From Leucoraja erinacea (Eukaryota): 64,000 nucleotides of DNA. The position numbers and the translations under genes are program-made. Positions within the stretch are counted from its first letter, which is position 1, and each line of letters begins with the position of its first letter. The notes under the pieces are model-generated. The model worked only from the letters and a program-made list of their open reading frames with translations, was not told the DNA's origin and searched no databases. Below, in pieces: positions 50,177 through 63,009 of the stretch. The stretch is taken from assembly GCF_028641065.1 (NCBI RefSeq), contig NC_073388.1, positions 36,518,001 to 36,582,000 of the forward strand, read 5' to 3'.

Positions 50177-53100
50177 TTTTTTTTTGTTAGAAGCAACTGT
50201 ACAAAAAGAAAATGATCGACATAACAGTTATACAATGTTTGTACTGCTTCAGTTTTTAAATTTTATGAACTAATAGCTAAATAGGAAAAAAAAAGAAAAA
50301 GGAAAAAAAGGGAAAGAAAGAGGAAAATAAAAAGAAAAGAAAGAATTTCAAGAAAAAAGAAAAAAAACCCCAGAACTAACGAAGGTGTAAAAGAAGCGGA
50401 GATATATCCAACTACCCTTCCATTCGCCCGCTCACCGAAACCTAGCATCGGTTTTGAGTTTGTTGAGCATTATGTTGGTGAAGAAATTCAATAAATGGAG
50501 ACCATATTTTTGAAAATTGATCTGGTTTATCAGTCAAGACAAGCCTTATTTTTTCTAGATGTAGTGTCTCGGTCATTTCTGTCATCCACATCTTCACTGT
50601 GGGGACTGTTATCTTTTCCAAGAATTTAAGTATACATTTTTTCGCAGTTATTAAACCATAGTCAAAGAAGCGTCTTTGAAATATCGTTAGATTAGGGCAG
50701 CCCTCTGACATTCCTAATATTATTAGTTTTGGATCTGGCTCCAATTGAGTTTTAAGTGTTTTAGAGATAATATTGAATATTTCCATCCAGAGGTTTTGTA
50801 CTTTTATACAGGATACAAAAGTATGAGTTAGGGTGGCTTCTTGAAAGTGACATTTATCACAAAGAGGAGAGAGTTGGGAAGATCTTGTTCAATTTGGTCT
50901 TTGAATAGTATAAACTATGCAATAAAATTGTACCAGACAGTGCCTGGCATTTAAAGAACAGTAGTGTATGTATTGGAATCTTTCATCCCATATATCTTTC
51001 GAAATGGGTAAACCCAACGTCCGCCCATGCTCGCCTATAAATCTCAGAAGGTCGAGTGCCAATATTTAGAAGGGTGTTATAAATGTAAGATATCAACTTA
51101 CTTGTATCAGCTTATTCAAACAAGCGTCTATATTTCTGGCCCCATAAGAGAACAGTCTTGTGTATATGTTTTCACGTAATCTCGGAGTTGGAGATATCTA
51201 AAAAAAGTATTGGCATTTAAGTCGTATTTCTCCTGCAGTTATTTGAAAAGAGGATAGAGTCCCCTTCTGATAGAGGTCTCCCACAGTATTGATTCACTGA
51301 TTCTTCCATTGAGCAATCACAATGTCTAAAATAGACAGTTTAAACAAGGGATTATTTGCAATAGGAAGCAGGAGAGACATGTTTCTCAATTTAAGACTGA
51401 GTTTCAGCTGTTTCCAGATACGGATAGTACTATGTATTATTGGATTTTGCTCATATGTTGACCTATTCGGATGTATTGGAGATATGAGGATCAAGCCTAT
51501 ATAAAAAGACAAACAATCTTCTTTCTCCATTTTTAACCAATTTACATGTTGACATGTATCGTCCAACCAGAAAGTTATATTTTTAATATTAGTTGCCCAG
51601 TAGTAAAAAAGAAAGTTAGGTAGAGCTAATCCTCCATTTTCTTTGGGTTTGCACAAATGTCTTTTATGTATTCGGTGGGTTTTGTAGTCCCAAATAAAGT
51701 TAGTAACAATACAGTCAATTTTATTAAAAAGCTTTAGGGAGATATATCGGTATTGATTGGAATAAGTATAAAAGTTGCGGAAGGAAGATCATCTTTATGG
51801 CATTTAATCTACCAAGAAGGGAGATAGGAAGTGTTTTCCAAAATTGGATATAGGCATACAATTTAGTAATAAATGGTGGGAAGTTTATTTTAAACAAAGA
51901 GGAAAACTTTCTAGTCACGTAAATTCCAAGATATCTAAACTTTTCAGTAACGATTCTGAAAGGAAATTGTTGGAGTTGAGAAGGGTCGTTCTTTTATTGG
52001 CATGATTTCACTTTTATTCCAATTTATTCTGTATCAGAAAAATAACCAAATTGTTCTATAATGTTTAAAACATTTGGAATACTAACTTGGGGTTAATAAT
52101 GTATAAAAGTACATCATCTGCATATAACAAAATTTTATTGGAGGTGTATTTGGTATTATATCCATAAATGCCTGAATGGGACCTGACACTCTTGGCAGGA
52201 GGGTCTATGGCTAAAGCAAATAGCATCGGGGAGAGAGCACATCCTTGTCCGTTACCCCTAGATAAGTAAAATTTAGGTGAAAGCATTTGGTTTGTCAATA
52301 TTCTAGCTGTCGGATTAGTATATAAAAGCTTCACCTATAAAGTAAAGTTTTCTCCTAATTGAAATTTTTCCAACACTGTAAAAAGATAAGACCATTCCAC
52401 TTGGTCGAAAGCCTTTTCTGCATCCAGTGAAATAATTGTTAGATCTTCGTTTGGCATTCCCTGTGAATATATTATATTAAACAAACGTCTCAAATTATAA
52501 AACAGTGTCATTTAGGTATAAACGCAGTTTGATCTGGATGTATTAATTTACCGATAACTAGGCTTAATCAACAAGCCAAAGTCTTAGCTAGTATCTACTA
52601 ATCAGTATTTATAAGGGCTATTGCCCTGTAGGATCCAGGCTCCTCGAGATTTTTATCTTTTTTTTGGAATTAATGTAATAGTTGATTCAGCAAGAGTTTG
52701 TGATAAAGTCTGTTCTTTAAATGCTTGAATATAAAGGGCTTGTAAGCATGGAGAGATTAAACCATTAAATGTTTTATAAAATTTGTTATTGTCTGTCCAG
52801 GCCAGGAGTTTTTCCACTTTTCAATGATTTAATAGTCTCTACAATGTCCTTTGTAGTTATTTCTGTGCCTGATTCATCCCGTTCCCCCTCATTAAGAGAT
52901 GGGAGATTGCAATTCTCAAGAAAGCTTTTCATCTTTGCAGAATCGACTGTTGTTTTTGATGAATATAATGTTTGGTAGAATTGTAAAAATCTTTCATTGA
53001 TATCTTTGGGCAGTGTAAGCAAATCTCCTTTTTCTGAACTAATTTTGTGTATAGTACCATCATTTTCTAATTTGCGCAGTTGGCGTGCTAGTAGTTTATG

Positions 53101-54760
53101 TGGTTTATCACCAAATTCAATTTTTTTTGTTTAGTATATTGAAATACCCTAATAATTCTTGCTGAGAGAATCTGATTTTATTTGAATTTAAGTGCAGCTA
53201 TCTTATTGTATTTTACCATGGACGGATCAGCCGCATTTTCTAGGTCTAACTGTTTTACCTGTTTTTCTAATTCCAGTTTTTCCGTCTTATTTTCCTTGTT
53301 TTGAGAAGCTTGGTACATAATAATACAGCCTCTAACAGTAAAGGTTTCCTACAGCCAGGATGGAGATATACCAGCGATGTCATTTGTCTCAAAAAATGTT
53401 TTCATCTGTAGCGTCAGATAGTCATAACAACTTGCCTCAGCAAGTATTTGTGGATTAAATCTCCAGCACGGCTGTTTATTAGTCATTAGTAATAAGGTAA
53501 AATATCTAGGGCATTTTATTACAGAACAAATGGCAGATGATGAGGATATTTATAGGCAACGACGCATGCTGTATGTACAGGCGAATATTCTCTTGCATAA
53601 ATTTGGTGTGTGTGCAGATGTGGTGAAGATGTCGCTATTTAAAGCATACTGCACACCATTCTACACTGCGCACCTGTGGTCGAACAATGGAAAGATACGT
53701 TTGCAAAGAATATTGTGGCATATAACGATGCCATGAGAACACTGCTAAGGAAACCTAGATGGTGTAGTGCCAGTAATATGTTTGTGGCTGCAGGAGTCAG
53801 TACTTTAGAAGCTATCCTAAGAAATCATATATATAAATTCATTTGCAGGATAAATGACTCTAAAAATGTAATTATTGTTGCCTTGTCAAACATAAGGGTT
53901 AGCACTACACGCCAAGAATCCCAGCTGTGGAGACACTGGTATCGTTGATCATTCTTTTAATCTGGATTTTTAATTAATGTATTGTGTTATTTTTAATATA
54001 TAATTTATGATGCTTTTATAAGTGATATACTAAGAATTTATATGTACTTTATGATATTTTGTAATATGCAATGCATTTTTATGTAATGTTGCCCCTTGTC
54101 TGGACCTCGAGTCCGTAATAAAGTTTATTATTATTCCTTCCAATTTTACAGGAAAAGTAAGGGGACAGTGATCCAAAATAATAATGTTGTGATATTTTGG
54201 ATTGTAGGTATAAGGGATAAGTTTGGTGTTAACCAAGAAATAGTCAATTTGTGTATAAACTTTATGAACACCTGAATAGAAAGAGTATTCTCTTCCAGAA
54301 GGATTGGCAATCCTCCATAAGTCTCTTATGTTTGTATTGTTTATATAGGTGTTTAAAAGGTCACTCGATTTTGATGTACTTTTCCTTTGAAGTGAAGATT
54401 TATCCAAGTATTGATCTATACACAATTTAAATCTCCCACAGTTATCAGATTATGCTGACCAAAGTGTGGAATTGTATTAAATATTTTATTAAAAAATTGG
54501 GGATTATCGAAGTTAGGAGCATAAATATTCACCGACGTCAATGGAGTTGAATACAATTATTATAATGTACCTACCTTCCTTGTCAGCTATAGTGGACTTG
54601 TGTTTGAATGGTATACCTTTACGAATTAAAATTGCTGATCCTCTTGCTTTGGAAGAAAACGTAGAGTGATATAATTGTGATAAAAGCTGTATAGCAAAGA
54701 CATCTCTGCTGTCCGTTTTTGATGTTTCATATATTTGTTCTTCCCCCACCTACTTTTCCC
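50177..54760 (-). mobile_element. L1 LINE with near-complete but disrupted ORF2 (EN, RT, C-terminal Cys region)
   Basis: Minus-strand ORFs with SKARG.AILI, D.WRI.NP..REYSFYS..HK.Y..IDY, KSGKTPG.D, LLYADDVLL and GGLALPNF. A tail at about 50177. Confidence 0.93.
53490..54134 (+). mobile_element. Non-LTR retrotransposon 3' fragment (Proto2-like, clade tentative) nested in L1
   Basis: KYLGH...DDEDIYRQRRMLY.QAN.L..KF..C...VK.SLFKAYC...Y..HLW...VAYNDAMR.LL..PR..SAS.MF, ending in aataaag plus (tta)n. Confidence 0.65.
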
Positions 54761-54781
54761 TCCCAACTCCAGTCCCGTCGC

Positions 54782-55263
54782 CTGGGAAACTGGAGGGAGC
54801 GACAATCAACTGCCACGGATACAAATAATGTCATACACAAGAAAGGGCAGATGCTAGTTGACAAAAAGTGAACACACGGTGCTGGAGTAACACAAAGACG
54901 CAGCAGAATTTTGGAAACGTCATCCCGTCACCCATTCCTTCACTCCAGAGATGCTGCCTGGCCCGCTGAGTTAAAGAATGCCCACGGTAGACTCACGAGT
55001 CACTACAGTAAACTCACGGGCTACTACGTTCTTACAACGAATTTAAAAGTTTAAAAATTTTACTTCAAGAGTAAATTTGACTTGTGGAAATCTTTCATCA
55101 TGTTGAAAGATTTTCATGAGTTAACAAGTTTCCCGAGTACTTGCCGTTAGCGTTACGAGTTCCGACGTTCCCGCTACGTTAATTCTACGTGATTACCACG
55201 ACTTTGATTTGTTTTAAACTCAGGGTCACTTGCGGGTGGACTCACACCATGAGACAGGGGTTT
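54782..55263 (-). mobile_element. One-armed inverted copy of the composite MITE at 29619-30272
   Basis: Reverse complement of about 29619-30119, including the same Penelope-derived cargo. Confidence 0.85.
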
Positions 55264-57158
55264 AAGTCTCCTGGAACTAGGAAAGTACAAGAAGCCTCTA
55301 AAGATTATTGAGGCAAGCTCCAACATAGAGACCATTGTACTGTACTATTTTATCTGGAGGGGCGATCTCCAATTAAATATAGAAACATGGGAATGGACAT
55401 TACTCTGTGGTTCGGGGACACCAATTTTGCACTTAAATTCTAACTATCATGCATAATAATTTATAACCATTTGTAAATTTGATCCATTCAATCATAGGAC
55501 ATGATTCATGTCCATGGTAGTGTTATTGGAATGACTTTATAATCTGGCATTTAAGGACGGCTTATCAGAATAGAATGGGATCTATTTCAGAGGTAGTTGA
55601 AAATGTTTTGGCCATAGTATATAGATTAACCTAATATATTTTCTTTTTTCACGCCCAGAAGAGCAATCAGAAGCAGGACATGAGTGTTTATTTGTCATTG
55701 AGGAGGAAACATCTGTAAGAGAGTACTTGAGGACTCTGACACAACATTATATGTGGACGGGAGTGCATCTATTGGACCGTGGGGTGAGAGATTGTCTGGG
55801 TATGCAATTGTTAATCAGAAAGCAGAAATGGTAGAAGCAGCTGCCATTGAGTCACCTTATTCAGTGCAGCAAGCTGAATTGTTTGCTTTAATTCGTGCTT
55901 GTTTTATTGTGGAAAATTTAAAAGTAAATATTTACACTGATTCCCGGTATGTATTTGGAGTGGTGCATGATTTTGCATAATTATGGAAAAATACGGGGTT
56001 TCTATCTTCAGCAGTGACTCAAATTTCAAATAAACAATTGGTGACAGATTTGTTGAAGGCCTTAAGGCTTCCCAGACAAATTTCTTATGAAATGTAGCAC
56101 CCACACAAAAGGACAGACTCCAATAGGTATCGGGAATCATAATGCTGATTTAGTAGCAAAGAAAGTATCACGGGAACGTAAGATGGTGGTGCCCAAAATG
56201 ATGAGGCAGACTAAAAATTTAACTAACAAGTCCCCCTCGGGAAGACTGATGCCAACCATCCAAGAAATTGTTCAATTGCAGGAGATAAAGAGATGAGATG
56301 GATACTGAAAGGGATAAAGAATGATTGAGACAGCTTGTGTGTGTACTGGATTGTATGACTGGACTATGGACATCTCCAGCAGGGCAGATTTGCATGACAA
56401 ATTCATTGGCAGTATAGGTTATAGAGTGCATGCATTATACAAGGCATTGTGGTGAAAGGGCAGTAGGGGACACTCTACTGGCTACTTGGTGGCATCCAAG
56501 ACTCCAAACTTTAGCTCAGAAGGTAAGCAATAATTGCCTGGTCTGCCAGAAATACAAACCAGGGAAAGGAATAGGATGTGAAGAGGGAAAAATATTGTTG
56601 CCTAGGGGTCCATTTGAGACAGTGCAGATGGACTATATTGAATTAGAAAGGTGCCAGAGTTATAAATATGTACTTGTCATAGTTGATGCATTTGGCCGAT
56701 GGATCAAAACTTATCCAACCCTTGATAATAAAGCGGCTACTATTATCAAGGAGTCAAAGAAAATTATCCCTAGGATTTGGCATCCCTATTCGACTTAGTC
56801 TAAACAATGTTTCATATAGAACAAATTAATGGAAATTATATGAACAGCTGGGAATCCAGCAGCAATTGTACTGTATTGTGAATATCGACCACACGCTGCT
56901 GGATTTGTAGAAAGAGCAGATCAGGCCCTGAAAACTAAATTGGCTAAATTAAACGTGGAGACTGAATTTGGCTGGATTAAATTATTCCCCATAGTTATTC
57001 CCCATATATGCCTGTAGGGAAATTGGACTGAACCCAGCTGGAATCCTTATGAGAAACCCTTATGAATACCCTAAAAGTACAGTGGAAATTATCAACTTTC
57101 ATCGTGTGATTGCAGTGATGACCGACAACATTGGAAGAATTATATTGTAGAGTAGGAG

Positions 57159-58565
57159 CCAAGACATGGAGGACAGCTTCCAGGCAGGGGAGAAGGCCGG
57201 CACTGCATTCTTGAACCTCACAGCTGCATATGATACTGTCTGGCTTCGTGGACTACACATGAAGCTTCTGGAAACTATCCCAGACAAGCACATGGTGAGC
57301 TTCATCATGGAGATTCTGAGCAACTGCAGCTTCAGGCTACACACCAGCAACGGGCAATGCAGCAGGGTGAGGAAACTTAAGAACGGCGTCCCACAGGGCT
57401 CAGTGCTGGCACCAATGCTGTTCAACATCTACATCCATGACCTGCCTGCAACCCAGTCAAAGAAATATGGCTATGCTGATGACCTGGCCATCCTACTCAG
57501 TAAGTTATCCTGGAAGCAGCAGAAGAGGGCCTCTCTGAAGACATGAACATCCTGTCTTCATACCTGAGGAACTGGCGCCTCAAGCTCAGCATGGGTAAGA
57601 CAACATCTTCAATGTTCCACCTCAACAACAGGGAAGCTACCCGCGAGATGAACGTCATGGTGGCTAACGCCCGGTTAGGGTCCCAGCCTGTTCCCACGTA
57701 CCTCGGTGTGAAGCTCGACAGAACACTGTCATTCAAACAACACCTGGAAGGTGCCAAGGCAAAGACAAGCACCCGTGCTGCACTGATACGCTGCCTAGCC
57801 AGCACCACATGGGGAGGCAACGACGAAGACACTGTGCATGTCCGCAGTGGCCCTGGTGTTCTCAGCCACCGAGTACTACGCCCTGGTCTGGTGCCGTAGC
57901 CCTCACGCCAAGAAGCTGGATGCTGCCCTCAACAGCGCCCTGCGGACTGCCTCAGAATGCGTACGAGCCACCCCAGTAAACCAACTGCCCGTCCTCGTTG
58001 GCATCACCCCAGCCAACATCAGACGAGAAGCAATCACGCTGGCCCTCTCTTGAAAGGCACAGACCAGTGCATCCCACCTCCTCCATCAGATCATCACAGA
58101 GACACCACGACGAGTACGCCTCAAGTCACGGCACTCCTTTGCCACGCAAGCCCAAGAGCTGCTCTGCACAACACTGGCTGACGCTTCTAAGGCCACCTGG
58201 GTCAAGACGAGATGGAGAGACCAGTGGAAGTCAGTGGAACCATCTAGGCTACACCATTACATCAATGACCCCATGGACGTCCCTGGCCAGGACCTGCCCC
58301 GAAAGCAGTGGACAACCCTGAACCGCTTGAGGACAGGCATCGGACGCTATGGAGCAGCGATGAAGAGGTGGGGCCTCGTGGACAGCGCCTTCTGCGAGTG
58401 TGGGGTCCCAACACAGACAGTGGAGCACATCGTCACCAGTTGCCCCAAACACCGGCCACCGAATGGTGAACGAGGTCTGATTGACCTGGACGATGACACG
58501 TTGGCCTGGCTCATCTCAACGGAGCTGCAGGTCTAAAAGACACACGACAGAAGAAGAAGAAGAAC
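57159..58565 (+). mobile_element. RTE-X-like LINE, 5'-truncated, inserted in the ERV integrase
   Basis: LTAAYDTVW, KNGVPQGSVLAPMLFNIY, YADDLA, YLGVKLDRTL and WTTLNRLRTG...CECG..QTVEHIV..CP motifs, with a (GAA)n tail. TSD agtaggag on both sides. Confidence 0.88.
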
Positions 58566-58978
58566 AGTAGGAGTAGTATACAGAGAGAGGCCTGTTAAAA
58601 GTAGGAGGGAAGAATGCATGGGTACATCTCCACCACTGTAGGAGTATCAGTAGAAGTATGGACTTGTAGCGGCACCAAACGTGGTGAATAAGGCCAGACA
58701 TCAGGCAGGTTCAAACAGTAGTTTTATTCAGGTGTTACATAAGTTGGTCCGCTAATGTAATTGTCATTGCTGCTGTAGCTGAGCAGCAATGTTCTCTCGA
58801 GCTCAGCTACCTATTGACGGAAATCATAAAGCTATGGCCACGAAAACTTGGGAAGCTTGATAAGATTCTGGGAAAATACATCAGCATCTTTTTGTTAAGA
58901 TATTTGTTAGAATGAAACAGTCACTATTGTACTTTGATTACCATTGCTGATAAATGTTCGTGAATTTTATTTTCTGAT

Positions 58979-59695
58979 AAAAGAGGGGGAATGTAAATCC
59001 TGGCCAAAAGTTAAAATAAAGTAAAGGATTTATGCATCTACAGGGCCTGTTAGCCTTTTTCTATAAGAAGCCACAAGCTGCGAGCAGGTGCCAGGAAGTC
59101 TTAGTCCCAGATTGATATATCAGATAAGGTGAGATCCCAATTGTTAGAATGTATGAGGACTCTATAAAGAAACTCCAAAATGTTGTAAATGCATTGTTTT
59201 GATTGGATAGCCACAAATAAATTGTAAATACTGTTAATAATGTTGCAAAGTGTTCTTACTGCTTTTGATAATTGGCTGAAGTGAGAAGCATTGTTTGAAT
59301 TGTTTACATTACCCAGGAGAATGTTGCGTTATTTGATTAATTGACTTCCTTCCAGAAGCTTCTATAGACACATTGTATTGGGGCTCTTTGTAATTGGGTT
59401 GGGGAACTGTCAATAATACTTTAATGTAATTGATACGTGTGATTGGCTTGTAAGGGGCACCACCCGTATATAATTCGGCCCTCAGGGTTCAAAGACCTAT
59501 AAAAGGTAGCCCCCGCTAGGATCGTTGTCGATCTTCTGGAGGGGCGCTTTTGGAAGTGTCTGCTTGCACGAGGCTGAAGAGCTTAGCCAGGAAGAGACAA
59601 GGATCGAACCTGCAGTGGTTAGGTATCGTATAGGGGATTTGTTGATCATTCAAAAAATAAAGATTAGTGGTCCAGTGTTTTACTGAACTAGACTA
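58979..59695 (+). promoter_or_regulatory. ERV polypurine tract and 3' LTR with CCAAT-like boxes, TATA box and poly(A) signal
   Basis: aaaagagggggaa (58979-58991) is followed by TG at 58992. ATTGG motifs, TATAAAA at 59498 and AATAAA at 59656. The right end is cut by a MITE. Confidence 0.75.
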
Positions 59696-59900
59696 AAAGC
59701 CCTGTCTCACGGTAGGAGCTGACCCACGAGGTACCCCGAGTGAAAGACTCGTGGTTGTGTACGAGATCCCAAGTGTATGATCAAGAGTTTAACCGAGTTC
59801 CCACGGGTATGACAAGTTTGCCGTTTTCTGCGATGTTCCAAGTTCGTCTCCCGAGTTACTAAGTTCCTCTCCCGAGTTACTCTTGAGTAACTACCAGGGT
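59696..59900. mobile_element. MITE fragment related to the 29619 family
   Basis: Starts taa-aagccctgtctcacggt, similar to the cccctgtctcacgg TIR. Confidence 0.55.
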
Positions 59901-60546
59901 AGTGGGAGATGGTGGCGGAAATATTGAATGGAACAGAAGCCTTGCTGTACTGTAGACTCTGCAGAAACCTGGTGGGTATGAGAGGTTTAGTGGGATAGAG
60001 GCCAAATGTGAGACGAGGTCATCCCTCAACCTCCTGCACTGCAAAGAAAAAATAAACTCAAACCTATCCACCTTCTTCTTGCAACCCAAGCCGTCTAGGA
60101 AGGACATAGCTTGGCATGAACAAGTTGGACCGAGGGGGCGGCAAATTTGTTGCAAAATTCGATTTAATAACAACCGCAAGATTTTAAATGGGAAGCTTGC
60201 GGATTTGGCGCTTTCATGAATGTTGAGCGTTCCAGAGAGCTTGTGAAACTAAACGGAAAATGCGATGGATAAAGTCGCACGTTAAAAACTGCAAGTTCGA
60301 TTACATCTGGACTTCAAAGCAATTTCCCCTTCAAAGGCATTACCAAGCTCCAAGGCCTGGGCTTCTGCACCTCCCTTTGTAACTTGATCCATAATATCCT
60401 CATCGGCATAGCTTAATCAGTGTGGATCAGTAACAACATATCCTCCTCATGGACCATCAACATAGGTGCGCCTCCTGGTGTACCCTATTTACACCCATGA
60501 ATGTGTGGCTAAGCATGCTCAATTGTCATCTATCAAATTGCCAACT

Positions 60547-61325
60547 GAGGTGTTGCATTTAGGGACATCTAACAAGGGCAGGACCTATACTGTGAATGGT
60601 AGGCCTTTGGGGAGTGTTGTAGCACAGAGGGGTCTAGGAGTGCAGGTGTATGGTTCCTTGAAGGTCAAGTCACAGGTAGATAAGGTGATCAAAAAGGCTT
60701 TTGGCACATTGGCCTTCATCTGTCAGAGTATTAAATATAGAAGTTGGGAGGTCATGCTGCAGTTGTATAAGACGTTGGTGAAACCGCATTTAGAGTATCT
60801 TGTTCAGTTCTGGGCACCATGTTATAGGAAAGATATTGTCAAGTATGAAAGGGTTCAGAGAAGATTTATGGGGATTAGAGGACTAGAGGGTCTGAGCTAT
60901 AGGGTGAGGTTGAGTAGGCTGGGACTCTATTCCTTGGAGCACAGGAGGATGAGGAGTGATCTTATAAAGATGTATAAAATCACAAGAGGAATAAATCAGG
61001 TAGATGCACAGAATCTCTTGCCCAGAGTGGGGTAATCGAGAACCAGAGGCACAGGTTCAAGGTGAAGGAAAAATCTGAGGGGAACTTTTTCACACAAAGG
61101 GTGGTGGGTGGGTGGATGGAACAAGCTGCCAGAGGAGGTAGTTGAGGCTGGGACTACCCCATCGTTTAAGAAACAGTTGGATAGGTACATTGAAAGGATA
61201 CGTTTGGAGGGTTATGGACCAAGCGTAGGCAAGTGGTTCTAGGGTAGTTGGGGCATTGTTGACCGGTGTGGGTGAGTTGGGCCAAAGGGCCTGTTTCTAC
61301 TCTGTATTACTCTATGACTATGACT
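60547..61325 (+). mobile_element. CR1 3' fragment with (ctatga)n tail
   Basis: ORF 60466-61035 (LYKTLVKPHLEY.VQFWAP). Sits within a Rex/Babar-like remnant (about 60330-60545 and 61330-62000). Confidence 0.9.
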
Positions 61326-62132
61326 TTATAACTATTTCACTGCTCTTGGCCAAATCAAGGATGGTGATGAGTCAGAATACAGGAGAGGACTAGAACAGCT
61401 AGGTAGGAGGGACTGCAACAACAACCTCTCGCTCAATGTCAACAAAAGCAAGGGACAACTTGATGGCTTCAGAAAGAGGAAGTAGGGACACCACTTACAG
61501 GTTTTCATTGGTGGCTCAGCGGTGAACAGAGTTAGCCGCTTCAAATTCCTTAGCGTTAACATCTCAGATGTAGACAAAGCACATAGATGCAATCAAAAAG
61601 AAGGTGCACCAGCACCTCTAGTTTCTAAAACGATTAAAGAGACTCAGCACGTCACTGAATACTTTAACTAACTTCCACAGATGCACTGCAGAAAGTAAAT
61701 TGACTGGCTGTATTGTGGCCTGGTCTCGCAATCTCAACACACTGGAATACAAGAGTGCAGAGAGTATTGGACTCAGCCTGTTCCATTATGGGAGCATCCT
61801 TCCTTACCATCAAAAACACCTCGAGAAGCACTGCCTCTAGAAGGCAGAATCTACCTTCAAGGATCGCCACCATTTGGCCTTGCCCCTTTCTCGCTGCAAC
61901 CATCAGGTGGTGGAGAAGCCTGAAATCATCACCACGTTTGGGAACAGCTCACCAATCAGGTTCTTGAACTGACCTGCCAACTCTAATCCTACCACAGACA
62001 CAGAACACTACAGACCTCTTCCTGCACTACCATGCATGGGCTTGTATTCTAAGTTCATTTTACACTCATTTTTTTTCACAATGTTTTCCTTTTCAATGTC
62101 TTGTAGAACTTATGGATAATTTATGTTTCGAT

Positions 62133-62420
62133 GGGCGGCTCAGTGATGCAGCGGTAGTTGCTGCCTTACAGTGCCAGGGACCCGGTTTTGATCCTGAGTA
62201 CGGGTGCTGTCTATACAGAATTTGTACATTCTCCTTGTGACCATGTGGGTTTTCTCCGGGTGCTCCGGTTTCATCCCACATTCCAAAGACGTGCAGGTTT
62301 GTAAGTTAATTGGCGATTGTAAATTTTCCCTACAGTGTAGGATATAATTAGTGTATGGGTGATCGCTGGTCAGCGCGGACTCGGTGTGCCAAAGGGCCTG
62401 TTTCCATGCTGTATCTCTAA
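62133..62420 (+). mobile_element. HE1-like V-SINE
   Basis: tRNA-like head, V core ggtttcatcccacattccaaagacgtgc and CR1-type tail gggcctgtttccatgctgtatctctaaa. Confidence 0.88.
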
Positions 62421-63009
62421 ATGTGTTGCCTGAGCCAATGTGCAAGTAAGCAAGCAAGATTTTGTTGCATCTTGCATTTGCTCCCATCTGGTTTTCCTTA
62501 CCTCCCACAGACTTTTCTATTGAATGGCTCCCATCTTGTTCTTGGCATTAAAATAATCTTTCCTCATCTTTATTTTTCAGCATGATTAATGCACATAATC
62601 CAAATCATTGCCTCAATGATTTTAATTCTTGTTGAAAGCCCTCAGCATCCTTTGATGTTACATACTATTCTACCTTTAAAGCTTTCTTTTCTATATAATC
62701 CCCTGTTATCAACATTTCCATCTGTTTATATATTGCTAAGATTTAACCACCAAACCTTTTCAAAATCAGAAACTTATTTTACCTTCCAGCATATAGGCCG
62801 GACTTTGGATTTTTACTTTTTCTTTGTAAACTGTGCCAAAGTTTAGCGATTGTGCATTTGTGGGTTGTGCAAAAGAATTTCACTGGAATGTACATACGTG
62901 ATAAAAAAAGAACCATTGAACCACCTCGCACTCACTTCCCTTTTTCTCTTACCTCCAATTTTAACTGTTTTTGTGGCCTGAATTAATATATATTGTAGTC
63001 ATACTCATA

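Larger units (their letters stand above)
55560..59695 (+). mobile_element. Class I (epsilon/gamma-like) endogenous retrovirus 3' half: RNase H, integrase, PPT and 3' LTR; disrupted
   Basis: YVDGS...QQAELFALIRAC...NIYTDSRY.FGVVHDF, GNHNAD.VAK, integrase H-H-C-C zinc finger, PFETVQMDYI, LVIVDAF..W and AWVHLHHC. Confidence 0.9.

Noticed and set aside
49867-50235. Pro/Ser/Thr-rich ORF as a host gene exon
   Set aside because: It is followed by a PPT and a TG...CA LTR-like segment and ends in a Gypsy-type tail motif. Its 5' part is L1 UTR.
62133-62210. tRNA gene
   Set aside because: It is the tRNA-derived head of a V-SINE and continues into the V core and CR1-type tail.
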